Source: an uncultured Spirochaetota bacterium (lineage in GTDB: Bacteria; Spirochaetota; Spirochaetia; Treponematales; UBA12059). From it: a stretch of 64,000 nucleotides of DNA. This document shows, piece by piece, positions 16,985 to 24,645 of the stretch. The notes beneath the pieces are model-generated. The model was not told the DNA's origin, did not search any database, and saw only the letters and a list, made by a program, of their open reading frames with translations. Both the position numbers and the translations under genes were made by a program. Positions within the stretch are counted from its first letter, which is position 1; the number at the start of each line of letters is the position of its first letter. Where the stretch lies: the NCBI GenBank assembly GCA_937873275.1, contig CALMRC010000087.1:8816-72815 (forward strand), in the 5' to 3' direction.

Positions 16985-17926
16985 TCAGGGCAGGACAACG
17001 CCCTTCACGTATCCGGTCGGTTTCGTCTCGTACTCCTCGTAGGCCCGGTCGACCTCGTCCAGGGTATACCGGTGGGTCACCAGGGACCCGAGTTCCAGAC
17101 TGCCCGCGGCCGCGAGGTCCAGCCCGATCCGTAGGCAACGCGCCCGGACGTCCGCCCGCTTCTCGTGGGCGTTGACGATGTCCGCGGCCTTCCAGTTCAG
17201 CATCCGGAAGTCCACCGTCCGGGAACCTCCCTGGTGGTATCCCACCACGGAAAGGATCGAATGCCGTTTGAGCATCCGGACGGCCAAATCCAGGGCGGAG
17301 CCGCTTCCGGAGCACTCCGCGACGACGTCCACCCCGCCCGCTCCCGAACCGTCGGTCAGCAGGAACTCCGGGGGCAGCTCCCCGGGACGGAAGAACTCGT
17401 CCGCCCCGAGCCGCCGGGCCCGGGCTTCCGTCTCCGGACGGGTGTCCACCGCGAGGATCCGGAACGCCCCCCGGATCCGGAGAAGCTGGAGCGTCAGAAG
17501 GCCCATGAACCCCAGTCCGAGGACCGCGACGGTCTTCCCGAGCCCCACGTCGGTACGCAGGGCTCCGCTGACCGCGCAGGCTATCGGCTCCCCGAGGGCC
17601 GCATCCTCGAAGCCCATGCCGGGAGGTACCGGAACCACCGCCTCCGCGGGTCCGACGACGTATTCCGCGAAACCCGGGCGGAGGAGGCCCGAGACGGGAT
17701 CGCCGACCCGGAGTTCCCGAACGCCGTCCCCCGCGGCGACGACCTCCCCGGACACCTCGTGCCCCAGACGCAAGGGAGGCTCCCCGGGATCCGCCCAGGC
17801 GGGAAATTCGGACCCGCAGACCCCGCAGGCCCGGACCCGGACGAGAACCTCGTTCACGCCGGGGGTCGGGACCGGGACCTCCGCCAGCCGCGACCGGCGG
17901 GGAGCGACGACCTCGCTAATCCGCAT
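16985..17926 (-). CDS. zinc-type (MDR) alcohol/polyol dehydrogenase
   Basis: 313 aa. VRACGVCGSE...GHEVSGEVV Zn-ADH pattern. GLGFMG nucleotide fold. Confidence 0.85.
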   Translation of the reverse strand: MRISEVVAPRRSRLAEVPVPTPGVNEVLVRVRACGVCGSEFPAWADPGEPPLRLGHEVSGEVVAAGDGVRELRVGDPVSGLLRPGFAEYVVGPAEAVVPVPPGMGFEDAALGEPIACAVSGALRTDVGLGKTVAVLGLGFMGLLTLQLLRIRGAFRILAVDTRPETEARARRLGADEFFRPGELPPEFLLTDGSGAGGVDVVAECSGSGSALDLAVRMLKRHSILSVVGYHQGGSRTVDFRMLNWKAADIVNAHEKRADVRARCLRIGLDLAAAGSLELGSLVTHRYTLDEVDRAYEEYETKPTGYVKGVVLP

Positions 17927-17938
17927 GCCGCCTCGGTC

Positions 17939-18346
17939 CTATAGTCCCGGACGCGCGAGGTCCCGGGCGGCGGCACGCGCCGCCTCGTCCAGGGGCAGGA
18001 CCTCGCTGTTTTCCATGGACGTGTCCGGGGCCTCCACCAGGAGGAGCTTGGTGTCCCGGCGGGTCACGGTGTTGTGCCAGAGTCCCCGGGGTATCTTGTA
18101 GAGCCTTCCCGGCTCCATGGGCACGGCCTCGAAGTCGAGTCCGCCGCCGTTCTCGGTCGCCGACACCAGGACGCAGCGCCCCGCCAGGAGCACGAAGAGC
18201 TCGTCCGTCTTGTTGTGACGCTCCAGGCAGTCGAAGCCCTCGAGATCGTTCGCGGGCTTCCAGTTCTTCACGGCAACCATCCACCGGTCGTTCTCATAGA
18301 CCCGGGCCAATCCCTCTCCCTCGTGTCCGCTGGATTCAATCCGCAC
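17939..18346 (-). CDS. small cupin-fold protein (ureidoglycolate-lyase/DUF4867-like pattern)
   Basis: 135 aa. ...CLERHNKTDELFVLLAG...PRGLWHNT... beta-barrel pattern. The family call is tentative. Confidence 0.55.
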   Translation of the reverse strand: MRIESSGHEGEGLARVYENDRWMVAVKNWKPANDLEGFDCLERHNKTDELFVLLAGRCVLVSATENGGGLDFEAVPMEPGRLYKIPRGLWHNTVTRRDTKLLLVEAPDTSMENSEVLPLDEAARAAARDLARPGL

Positions 18347-18359
18347 CGCATACCCCGTT

Positions 18360-19307
18360 TCAGCCCACCAGGGCCTTGCATTCCGACGCGATGTGCCCCG
18401 GGGTCAGACCGAAGGCCTCGAAGAGGTCCGCGGGCTTGCCCGAGTACCCGAACTTGTCCCGGATGCCCAGACGGCGGAACTTGGCGGCGGAAGCGCCCGC
18501 CAGGGTTTCCGCGACCGCGGACCCGAGCCCGCCGATCACGGAGTGCTCCTCCACGGTCAGGAGACGGCCGTACTTTTCCGCCGCCGCGAGCACGAACTCC
18601 GAGTCGAAGGGCTTGATCGTGTGGACGTCCGCGACGGCGGCCCGGATCCCCTCCCTGGCCAGGGCGTCCGAGGCCTTGAGGGCTTCCTTGACCATGAGGC
18701 CCGTGGCCAGGATGCATACGTCGGAGCCCTCCCGGAGTAGGACGATCCTTCCCGGGACGAAGGGCGTGTCGGGGGCCGTAATCGTCTCCACCACCGGCCG
18801 GGCCACCCGGATGTACACGGGTCCGTCGATTTCCGCGGCCGCGAAGACGGCCTTCCGGGTCTCGACCGGGTCGCAGGGCACGAAGATCGTCATGTTCGGC
18901 ACCACCCGCATGAGGGCGATGTCCTCGACGCTCTGGTGGCTGCCCCCGTCCTCCCCGACGGAGAGTCCCGAATGGGACAGCCCGAACTTCACGTTCGCGT
19001 TCACGTAGGCGACGGAATTGCGGATCTGCTCGTAGGCCCGGCCGGTTCCGAAGAGGGCGAAGGTGCTGGCGAAGGGCAGGAGTCCCGAGTGGGCGAATCC
19101 CGCAGCGGCGCACATCATGTTCGCCTCGGCCAGCCCGAAATTGTAGAAACGGTCGGGATACTTCGCCTGGAAGAGGCTGGTCATGGTGGCGTGGGCCAGG
19201 TCCGCGTCCAGGACGACAACCCGCTCGTTCGCCGCACCCAGTTCGACGAGGGCCTCCCCGTAGGCGACCCGAAGAGATTTGGCCTCAGACATCTTGCCCC
19301 CCCCCAA
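18360..19307 (-). CDS. transketolase, C-terminal (pyrimidine-binding) subunit
   Basis: 315 aa. Typical split-TK B subunit sequence (FYNFGLAEANMM..., EDGGSHQS). Confidence 0.9.
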   Translation of the reverse strand: MGGGKMSEAKSLRVAYGEALVELGAANERVVVLDADLAHATMTSLFQAKYPDRFYNFGLAEANMMCAAAGFAHSGLLPFASTFALFGTGRAYEQIRNSVAYVNANVKFGLSHSGLSVGEDGGSHQSVEDIALMRVVPNMTIFVPCDPVETRKAVFAAAEIDGPVYIRVARPVVETITAPDTPFVPGRIVLLREGSDVCILATGLMVKEALKASDALAREGIRAAVADVHTIKPFDSEFVLAAAEKYGRLLTVEEHSVIGGLGSAVAETLAGASAAKFRRLGIRDKFGYSGKPADLFEAFGLTPGHIASECKALVG

Positions 19308-20103
19308 GCTCCTTCATCGCGGTCTCGTACTCCTGGGCGTTCATGGGCTTTCCGTGCCAGCCCGCGGCCCCCTCCATGAACGAAACGCCCTTTCCCTTGA
19401 CGGTACGGCAGCGGATGAACCGGGGCCTTCCCTCTGCCCGGCGCCCCGCGGCGGCGGCGACCGCCTCGGCGTCGTGGCCGTCCACCTCCTCGCAATCGAA
19501 CCCGAAGGCGGAGAACTTGGCGACGATGTCGCCCAGGCCCATGACCTCCTCGTTGGGACCGTCGATCTGCAGTCCGTTGTGGTCCAGGAGCACGACCAGG
19601 TTGTCCAGCTTGTAGTGGGAAGCCGCCATGGCGGCTTCCCAGATCATGCCCTCCTGGACCTCCCCGTCCCCGACCACAGCGTAGACCCGGTAGTCCTTCC
19701 TCTTGTGCTTGGCCGCCAGGGCGAGGCCCACGGCCACGGACAGGCCCTGGCCCAGGGAGCCGGTGTTGACGTCGACCCCGGGGGTCTTGGTCATGTCCGG
19801 ATGTCCCTGGAGATGGCTGTCCACCTGCCGCAACCTCCAGAGGTCCTCCCTCGGGAAGAAGCCCAGGTCCGCCAGGACGGCGTACAGGGCGGGGCAGGCG
19901 TGGCCCTTGCTCAGCACCAGGCGGTCCCGGTCCTCCCAGGCGGGCCGGGCCGGATCGACCCGCATCGTGCGGTAGTAGAGCCCCTCCAGGATCTCCACGC
20001 AGGAAAGGGACCCTCCCGGGTGGCCCGACTGGCAGAGGTACAGCATCTTGAGAATGTCCCGGCGCAATCGCGTCGCCGTCGCGTCCAGAGAATCGTGGCC
20101 CAT
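19285..20103 (-). CDS. transketolase, N-terminal (ThDP-binding) subunit
   Basis: 272 aa. GHPGGSLS...SKGH...GDGEVQEG ThDP motif. Overlaps the B subunit by 23 nt. Confidence 0.9.
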   Translation of the reverse strand: MGHDSLDATATRLRRDILKMLYLCQSGHPGGSLSCVEILEGLYYRTMRVDPARPAWEDRDRLVLSKGHACPALYAVLADLGFFPREDLWRLRQVDSHLQGHPDMTKTPGVDVNTGSLGQGLSVAVGLALAAKHKRKDYRVYAVVGDGEVQEGMIWEAAMAASHYKLDNLVVLLDHNGLQIDGPNEEVMGLGDIVAKFSAFGFDCEEVDGHDAEAVAAAAGRRAEGRPRFIRCRTVKGKGVSFMEGAAGWHGKPMNAQEYETAMKELGGGQDV

Positions 20104-20122
20104 GTACGGGAACTCCTTTCTA

Positions 20123-20959
20123 TCAGCCCTTGACCGCTCCGGCGGTCAGGCCTTCTATCAGCTTCTTTTGCGCGAAGAAGAACATGAAGCAGACGGGGAT
20201 GATCGTGATGATCCCTCCCGCGGTCAGCATCCCCCACTCCACCCCCAGCTGGCCGATGAGGTTCTTCAAGGACACGGGGATGGTGCGGTTCGCCTCGTTC
20301 GTGAACATCACCGCGAAGGTGTACTCGTTCCAGGAGGTCATGAACACGTAGGCCCCGGTCGCGACGATGCAGGGCATCAGGACCGGCAGGACGATGCGGA
20401 CGAAGGCCTGGGCGCGGTTCGCACCGTCCACCATCGCCGCCTCCTCCAGGGAGGGCGGCAGGTCGGCGAGGTACCCGTTCAGCAGCCAGATCGAGAAGGG
20501 GATCGTGAAGGTGGTGTACGCCAGGATCAGGGCCAGGGGAGTGTACAGGATTCCCAGCTTTCGCATGATCGCGTACAGAGGTATCAGGAGCAGGACCGTG
20601 GGGAACATGTTGTTCGTCAGGAACAGGGTCATGAGGAATTTCCGCCCCCGGAACTGGAACCGGGAGAACGCGTAGGCCGCCAGCAGGGACACGGTCAGGG
20701 ACACCAGGGTCGTCGCGGCCGCTACGATCAGACTGTTCGTCATGGGGCGGACGAAATTGTAGTCGCTGAAAAGGCGACGGTAGGATTCGAAGGTGACTTC
20801 CCGGGGCCAGTACGTCACGGTTTTGCCGTAGAGTTCCCCCTCGGGCTTGATGGAGGTGACGAAGGTCCAGTAGAAGGGGAAGAGAAGGAATACCAGCATG
20901 GCCGCCAGGAGGAGGTAGGAGGCCAGGCTCTTCGCGGAATCCGCGGGCGTCTTTTTCAT
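20123..20959 (-). CDS. carbohydrate ABC transporter permease (CUT1 type)
   Basis: Trimmed to MKKTPADSAKSL... (278 aa). EAA loop EEAAMVDGA. 4-nt overlap with the upstream permease. Confidence 0.9.
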   Translation of the reverse strand: MKKTPADSAKSLASYLLLAAMLVFLLFPFYWTFVTSIKPEGELYGKTVTYWPREVTFESYRRLFSDYNFVRPMTNSLIVAAATTLVSLTVSLLAAYAFSRFQFRGRKFLMTLFLTNNMFPTVLLLIPLYAIMRKLGILYTPLALILAYTTFTIPFSIWLLNGYLADLPPSLEEAAMVDGANRAQAFVRIVLPVLMPCIVATGAYVFMTSWNEYTFAVMFTNEANRTIPVSLKNLIGQLGVEWGMLTAGGIITIIPVCFMFFFAQKKLIEGLTAGAVKG

Positions 20960-21837
20960 CGGGCTCCCTCCTGGCCGCGGAAGATCCGGCGCAGGTACAC
21001 GACGGCCACGGAGGATAGCATGAGGGCCAGAAGGATGGACATGGTCGCCGCGTATCCGAGGTTCAAGGTGTTCCCCTTGTTGAAGACGTACACGCTCAGG
21101 GTCTGGGTCGCGTAGGCGGGACCACCCTCGGTGAGGTTGAAGATCACGTCCACGGAATTGGATACCCAGATGATGCGCAGCAGGGTGGTCACGAAGATCA
21201 CGTTCTTGAGGGACGGTATTGTGATGCGGAACAGCTTCTGAACGCCGTTGGCACCGTCCACGTCCGCGGCGTCGTAGAGTTCCTCGGGAATACCCTGGAG
21301 GCCCGCCAGGATCATCAGGGCGAAGAAGGGGATGCCCTGCCAGATGATGGTCAGGATGACGGCGGGGAACGCGGTCTCCCCCCGGGCCAGGAACGGGACG
21401 AAATCCCGAATGATCCCCAATCGGAACAGCATGTCGTTCAAGACCCCGTAACTTCCGTCGTAGATCCACCGCCACATGAGGCCGATGAGGACGCCGGGGG
21501 TCACCCAGGGAATCAGGCTGATCGACCGCACGATCCCCCGGCCGAAGAACCTCCGGTTGAGCAGGAGGGCCAGGATGAATCCGAAGAGGAACTGGAAGCC
21601 CACGCCGACGGCCACCCAGACCACGGTCTTCCAGACGGCCTGCCAGAACAGGGGATCCGAGAGGACCTCGGAATAGTTCCCGAGGCCGATGAATCCGATC
21701 CGGCTGGGCCGGCGGAGGTCGTAGCTCTGGAAGCTCATGGAAACCGCGTTCACCACGGGGATGAACACGACGGTCAGCACGGTCAGCAGGGCCGGCGCCA
21801 CCAGAAGGTAGGGCCATACGTTTTTCTTGCGTCCCAT
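20956..21837 (-). CDS. carbohydrate ABC transporter permease (CUT1 type)
   Basis: Trimmed to MGRKKNVWPYLLVAP... (293 aa). EAA-like loop ELYDAADVDGA. Confidence 0.9.
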   Translation of the reverse strand: MGRKKNVWPYLLVAPALLTVLTVVFIPVVNAVSMSFQSYDLRRPSRIGFIGLGNYSEVLSDPLFWQAVWKTVVWVAVGVGFQFLFGFILALLLNRRFFGRGIVRSISLIPWVTPGVLIGLMWRWIYDGSYGVLNDMLFRLGIIRDFVPFLARGETAFPAVILTIIWQGIPFFALMILAGLQGIPEELYDAADVDGANGVQKLFRITIPSLKNVIFVTTLLRIIWVSNSVDVIFNLTEGGPAYATQTLSVYVFNKGNTLNLGYAATMSILLALMLSSVAVVYLRRIFRGQEGAR

Positions 21838-21896
21838 TCTTCTCCATCCCTGTCGCGGGATAATGGTTTTCCTGAATCTACCACGGAGCACGCGCC

Positions 21897-21942
21897 GGAC
21901 CGGCCGGGGCCGGTCCGGCGGCGCCGAAGCGAAGCTTCGGCG
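21897..21942 (-). other. two GC hairpins between the SBP and permease genes
   Basis: GGACCGGC-n4-GCCGGTCC (21897-21916) and CGCCGAAGC-GAA-GCTTCGGCG (21922-21942). No U-tract. Confidence 0.4.
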
Positions 21943-21953
21943 ACTTGCCGGCT

Positions 21954-23180
21954 TTATTTGTACAGCCCGTCCTGGAGCTGCTTCATGGCCTCGGCCGCGG
22001 TGATCTTGCCCTGGAGGGCCGCCGCGATCGTGTTCGGCCAGATCGTGCTGATCCATTCGGTGGTCGTGTCCAGCACCGGGTAGATGCCGGCGAAGGGCGC
22101 TCCCTCGATGGACACCTTCATGAATTTGCTGTTCTGGAACTGCGGGAGCTTCTGCACGGCCTTGCTCACGGGGACGTTCCCGGTGACGGTGCACCAGGTC
22201 TCCTGTCCCTTGCCGGCGGCCAGGTAGGCCAGCCACTCGAAGGCGGCTTCCTTGTTCTTGCTGGACCGGAACATCACGTTCTCGGTATCCCCCATGGAGG
22301 TCCACTTGCCCACGTCGCCCGGGAAGGGGAAGGCGTCCACGTCGTCCCCGAAGGTGCCGATCATGCCCGTGGAGGATCCGATGTGGTGCACCGTCATGGC
22401 GGTCTTCCCGGACTTGAAGTTGGCGATGATCTCGTTGAACCCGTCCATCGGCGCGGTCGGCGGGGCGTACCCCTTCTTGTACAGGTCGATGAAGTCCTGC
22501 ATGCCCGCCACGGCCTTCGGGTTGGTGAAGTCCGCGAAGGTGCCGCCCCGGGCCTGGATGAAGCTTCCCCAGGGTTCGTGGCCGCCCTTGAATCCGCGCA
22601 TCCCGAAGCCGTACACGTCCGTGCGGCCGTCCCCGTCGGTATCCTTGGTCAGCTTGGCGCAGGCATCCAGGAACTCGGCGTAGGTCTTGGGTACGGAGAT
22701 TCCCGCGGCCTTGAACATCGACGGCCGGTAGTATACGTACAGGACCTGGGTGTTCCAGGGCATGAGGAAGACGTTCTTGGTGCGGCTGGCGTCCCGCATG
22801 GTCTTCCAGAGGGCGGGGTCGATCTGGTCCTTCTCCTTCCAGCGGTTGATGTACCGGTCCAGGTTCTCCCAGAGGTTGTTGGAAACGAAGAGCGGCGTGG
22901 AGGTGAGCTTGGCGGAAGACGTGTCCGGCCCTCCCCCGCCCATGGCGGCTCGGAACAGGGTCTCGCTGTAGCCGCCGCCGTCCCAGGGATATTCCTGGAC
23001 CACGACCGTGATTCCCTTGCCGTTGGTGGCGTTGAAATCCGCGGCCATCTCCTTCATGACCGCCGAGTACTTGGGATTGTCCGCCCAGTACCAATGGGTG
23101 ATGGTGACCGGCTTGGGCGCCGCGGCGACGGCAAGCGCGATCATCGCCAGGGCGGCGGCCAGCGCGAATACCTTTTTCAT
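21954..23180 (-). CDS. sugar ABC transporter substrate-binding protein (CUT1 family)
   Basis: 408 aa. Signal peptide MKKVFALAAALAMIALAVAAAP. Extracellular solute-binding family 1 pattern. SD GAAGGAGGG. Confidence 0.9.
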   Translation of the reverse strand: MKKVFALAAALAMIALAVAAAPKPVTITHWYWADNPKYSAVMKEMAADFNATNGKGITVVVQEYPWDGGGYSETLFRAAMGGGGPDTSSAKLTSTPLFVSNNLWENLDRYINRWKEKDQIDPALWKTMRDASRTKNVFLMPWNTQVLYVYYRPSMFKAAGISVPKTYAEFLDACAKLTKDTDGDGRTDVYGFGMRGFKGGHEPWGSFIQARGGTFADFTNPKAVAGMQDFIDLYKKGYAPPTAPMDGFNEIIANFKSGKTAMTVHHIGSSTGMIGTFGDDVDAFPFPGDVGKWTSMGDTENVMFRSSKNKEAAFEWLAYLAAGKGQETWCTVTGNVPVSKAVQKLPQFQNSKFMKVSIEGAPFAGIYPVLDTTTEWISTIWPNTIAAALQGKITAAEAMKQLQDGLYK

Positions 23181-23259
23181 GTCTGTTCCCTCCTTCGGGA
23201 CGATTGATTCAAGGCCGATCTATTCCTACCGGCCGCGTACCCGTTCTCCGGCCCGGGGG

Positions 23260-23958
23260 TCAACGGGGGACCCGCCCGGGCAGCCTGCGTTTCCAGGCTT
23301 CCTCCATGTGTGTCCGCATCGCCTCCTCGGCCGTCTGAGGATCCGCGGCCAGGATCGAGCGGACGATGGCGTCGTGTTCCGCGAACGTTCGATGGAACCT
23401 CTCCGGGTCGCTCTCCGCGAAGTCCGCGTTGAGAGAGATGATCTGGGGAGTGAAATAGCTGGTCAGGGCGAGGCATACGGGGTTGCCGCTGGCCTTCGCG
23501 ATCGCGAGGTGGAAGAGGTGATCCTCCTCCAGGCCCCTCTGACCGGCGTCCGCCCGGGCCCGGAACTCGGAATGCCATTTCAGGATCTCCGTTACCTCGT
23601 CCGGGCCGGCCCGCTCCGCCGCCTTCCGGGCCGCGAAGGATTCCAGGAGGGCCCGGATTTCGAACAGCTCCGCCGGGTCGAACTCCTCGTCCAGGCTGCC
23701 GACGCTGGCGATGAGCCCGGAGATCGCCTTGGTGCCCAGTCCCGCAACGACGGTTCCCCGCTGGGGCAGGGTTCGGATCAGGCCGTAGTGCTCCAGCTTG
23801 GCCAAGGCTTTGCGCACGTAGCCGCGGCTGACGCCCAGGGTCAGGCCCAGGGATCGTTCGGAGGGCAGTTTGGTGCCGGGCTTCAGTTTTCCGGACACGA
23901 TCTGGTCCCGGAGGTGTTCGAGGACGATCCGCTCGCTGTCCAGGTTTTCTTCCGGCAT
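23260..23958 (-). CDS. GntR family (FadR/FCD subfamily) transcriptional regulator
   Basis: 232 aa. N-terminal wHTH (LPSERSLGLTLGVSRGYVRKALAKLE) plus a helical FCD-like C-terminal domain. Confidence 0.85.
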   Translation of the reverse strand: MPEENLDSERIVLEHLRDQIVSGKLKPGTKLPSERSLGLTLGVSRGYVRKALAKLEHYGLIRTLPQRGTVVAGLGTKAISGLIASVGSLDEEFDPAELFEIRALLESFAARKAAERAGPDEVTEILKWHSEFRARADAGQRGLEEDHLFHLAIAKASGNPVCLALTSYFTPQIISLNADFAESDPERFHRTFAEHDAIVRSILAADPQTAEEAMRTHMEEAWKRRLPGRVPR

Positions 23959-23979
23959 CCCTTCTGCCTTCCCGAGGGT

Positions 23980-24002
23980 TGGTTAACATAAGTGGTTAAC
24001 CA
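23980..24002. promoter_or_regulatory. tandem FadR-type operator half-sites: TGGTTAACA and the perfect palindrome TGGTTAACCA
   Basis: 23980-23988 and 23993-24002, 13-bp register, 22-44 nt upstream of the regulator ATG and just downstream of its predicted -10. Confidence 0.5.
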
Positions 24003-24010
24003 GTTATTTC

Positions 24011-24039
24011 AGTATTCACCCGTTTCCGGGATCTGTCAA
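24011..24039 (-). promoter_or_regulatory. putative promoter TTGACA-17-AATACT for the GntR/FadR-like gene and possibly the whole sugar locus
   Basis: Minus strand: -35 at 24039-24034, -10 at 24016-24011. Confidence 0.4.
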
Positions 24040-24059
24040 CCGAAACCTCGGCCGTTTTC

Positions 24060-24088
24060 TTGCTCTCCCGGTTCGTTATTATTACATT
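24060..24088 (+). promoter_or_regulatory. putative promoter TTGCTC-17-TACATT
   Basis: -35 at 24060-24065, -10 at 24083-24088. About 45-nt leader with AAGGAGG before the TTG start at 24133. Confidence 0.35.
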
Positions 24089-24132
24089 TCTACTAATGTT
24101 TCCAGGAACATGGTTGACGTAAGGAGGATACC

Positions 24133-24531
24133 TTGAAAAAACGGAACAGTATCGTCGCGGCGGCCGTCGCGATCCTCGCCCTGGTGTCCGTGGTTCCCGC
24201 GGCATCCCAGTCCGCGTACGACCGGGACGTGGTCGTCCAGGTGATGCGCACCAATGTCCAGACCCTGGGCCAGGTACGGGGCGCCCTGAACCGAGGGGAT
24301 TTCTTCGCGGCCGCGGAGGGGTTCTGGAAGTTCGCGGACGGCATGAACCGGATCCAGAAGTTCACGCCCCCCAAGGGAAGCAAGACCGAGTGGGACCGCA
24401 TCCTCGGCCAATTCGTGGACGCCGCCCTCCGAGGGGCCGGGTCCGCGGGGGAGCGGGACGCCGCCAAGGGCCTCAAGATCGTGGAGGAGCTCCAGGCCCT
24501 GAACAAGGAGGGACATTCCCTGTTCCGATGA
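24133..24531 (+). CDS. secreted cytochrome b562-like four-helix-bundle protein
   Basis: 132 aa. TTG start after AAGGAGG. Signal peptide. Collinear resemblance to E. coli cytochrome b562 (TPPK..., GQ.DDAL-like, C-terminal ...NKEGH as the His-ligand position, N-terminal Met). Confidence 0.55.
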   Translation: MKKRNSIVAAAVAILALVSVVPAASQSAYDRDVVVQVMRTNVQTLGQVRGALNRGDFFAAAEGFWKFADGMNRIQKFTPPKGSKTEWDRILGQFVDAALRGAGSAGERDAAKGLKIVEELQALNKEGHSLFR

Positions 24532-24548
24532 ACATTCGCAATCCTCCT

Positions 24549-24586
24549 GCGGCCGTCCGGACCGTTCCGGGCGGCCGTTTCATTTG
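24549..24586 (+). terminator. intrinsic terminator
   Basis: GCGGCCGTCCGG-ACCGTT-CCGGGCGGCCGT (12-bp stem with two G-U pairs) followed by TTCATTT. Confidence 0.6.
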
Positions 24587-24612
24587 CGCAACTCCCCTCG
24601 AAGCGCTAGACT
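24584..24612 (+). promoter_or_regulatory. putative promoter TTGCGC-17-TAGACT
   Basis: -35 at 24584-24589, -10 at 24607-24612. Hexamers and spacing are identical to the pyk promoter candidate at 38869. Confidence 0.4.
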
Positions 24613-24645
24613 TTTTCCTATCCTGAACCGTCGAGGCGTTTCTAC

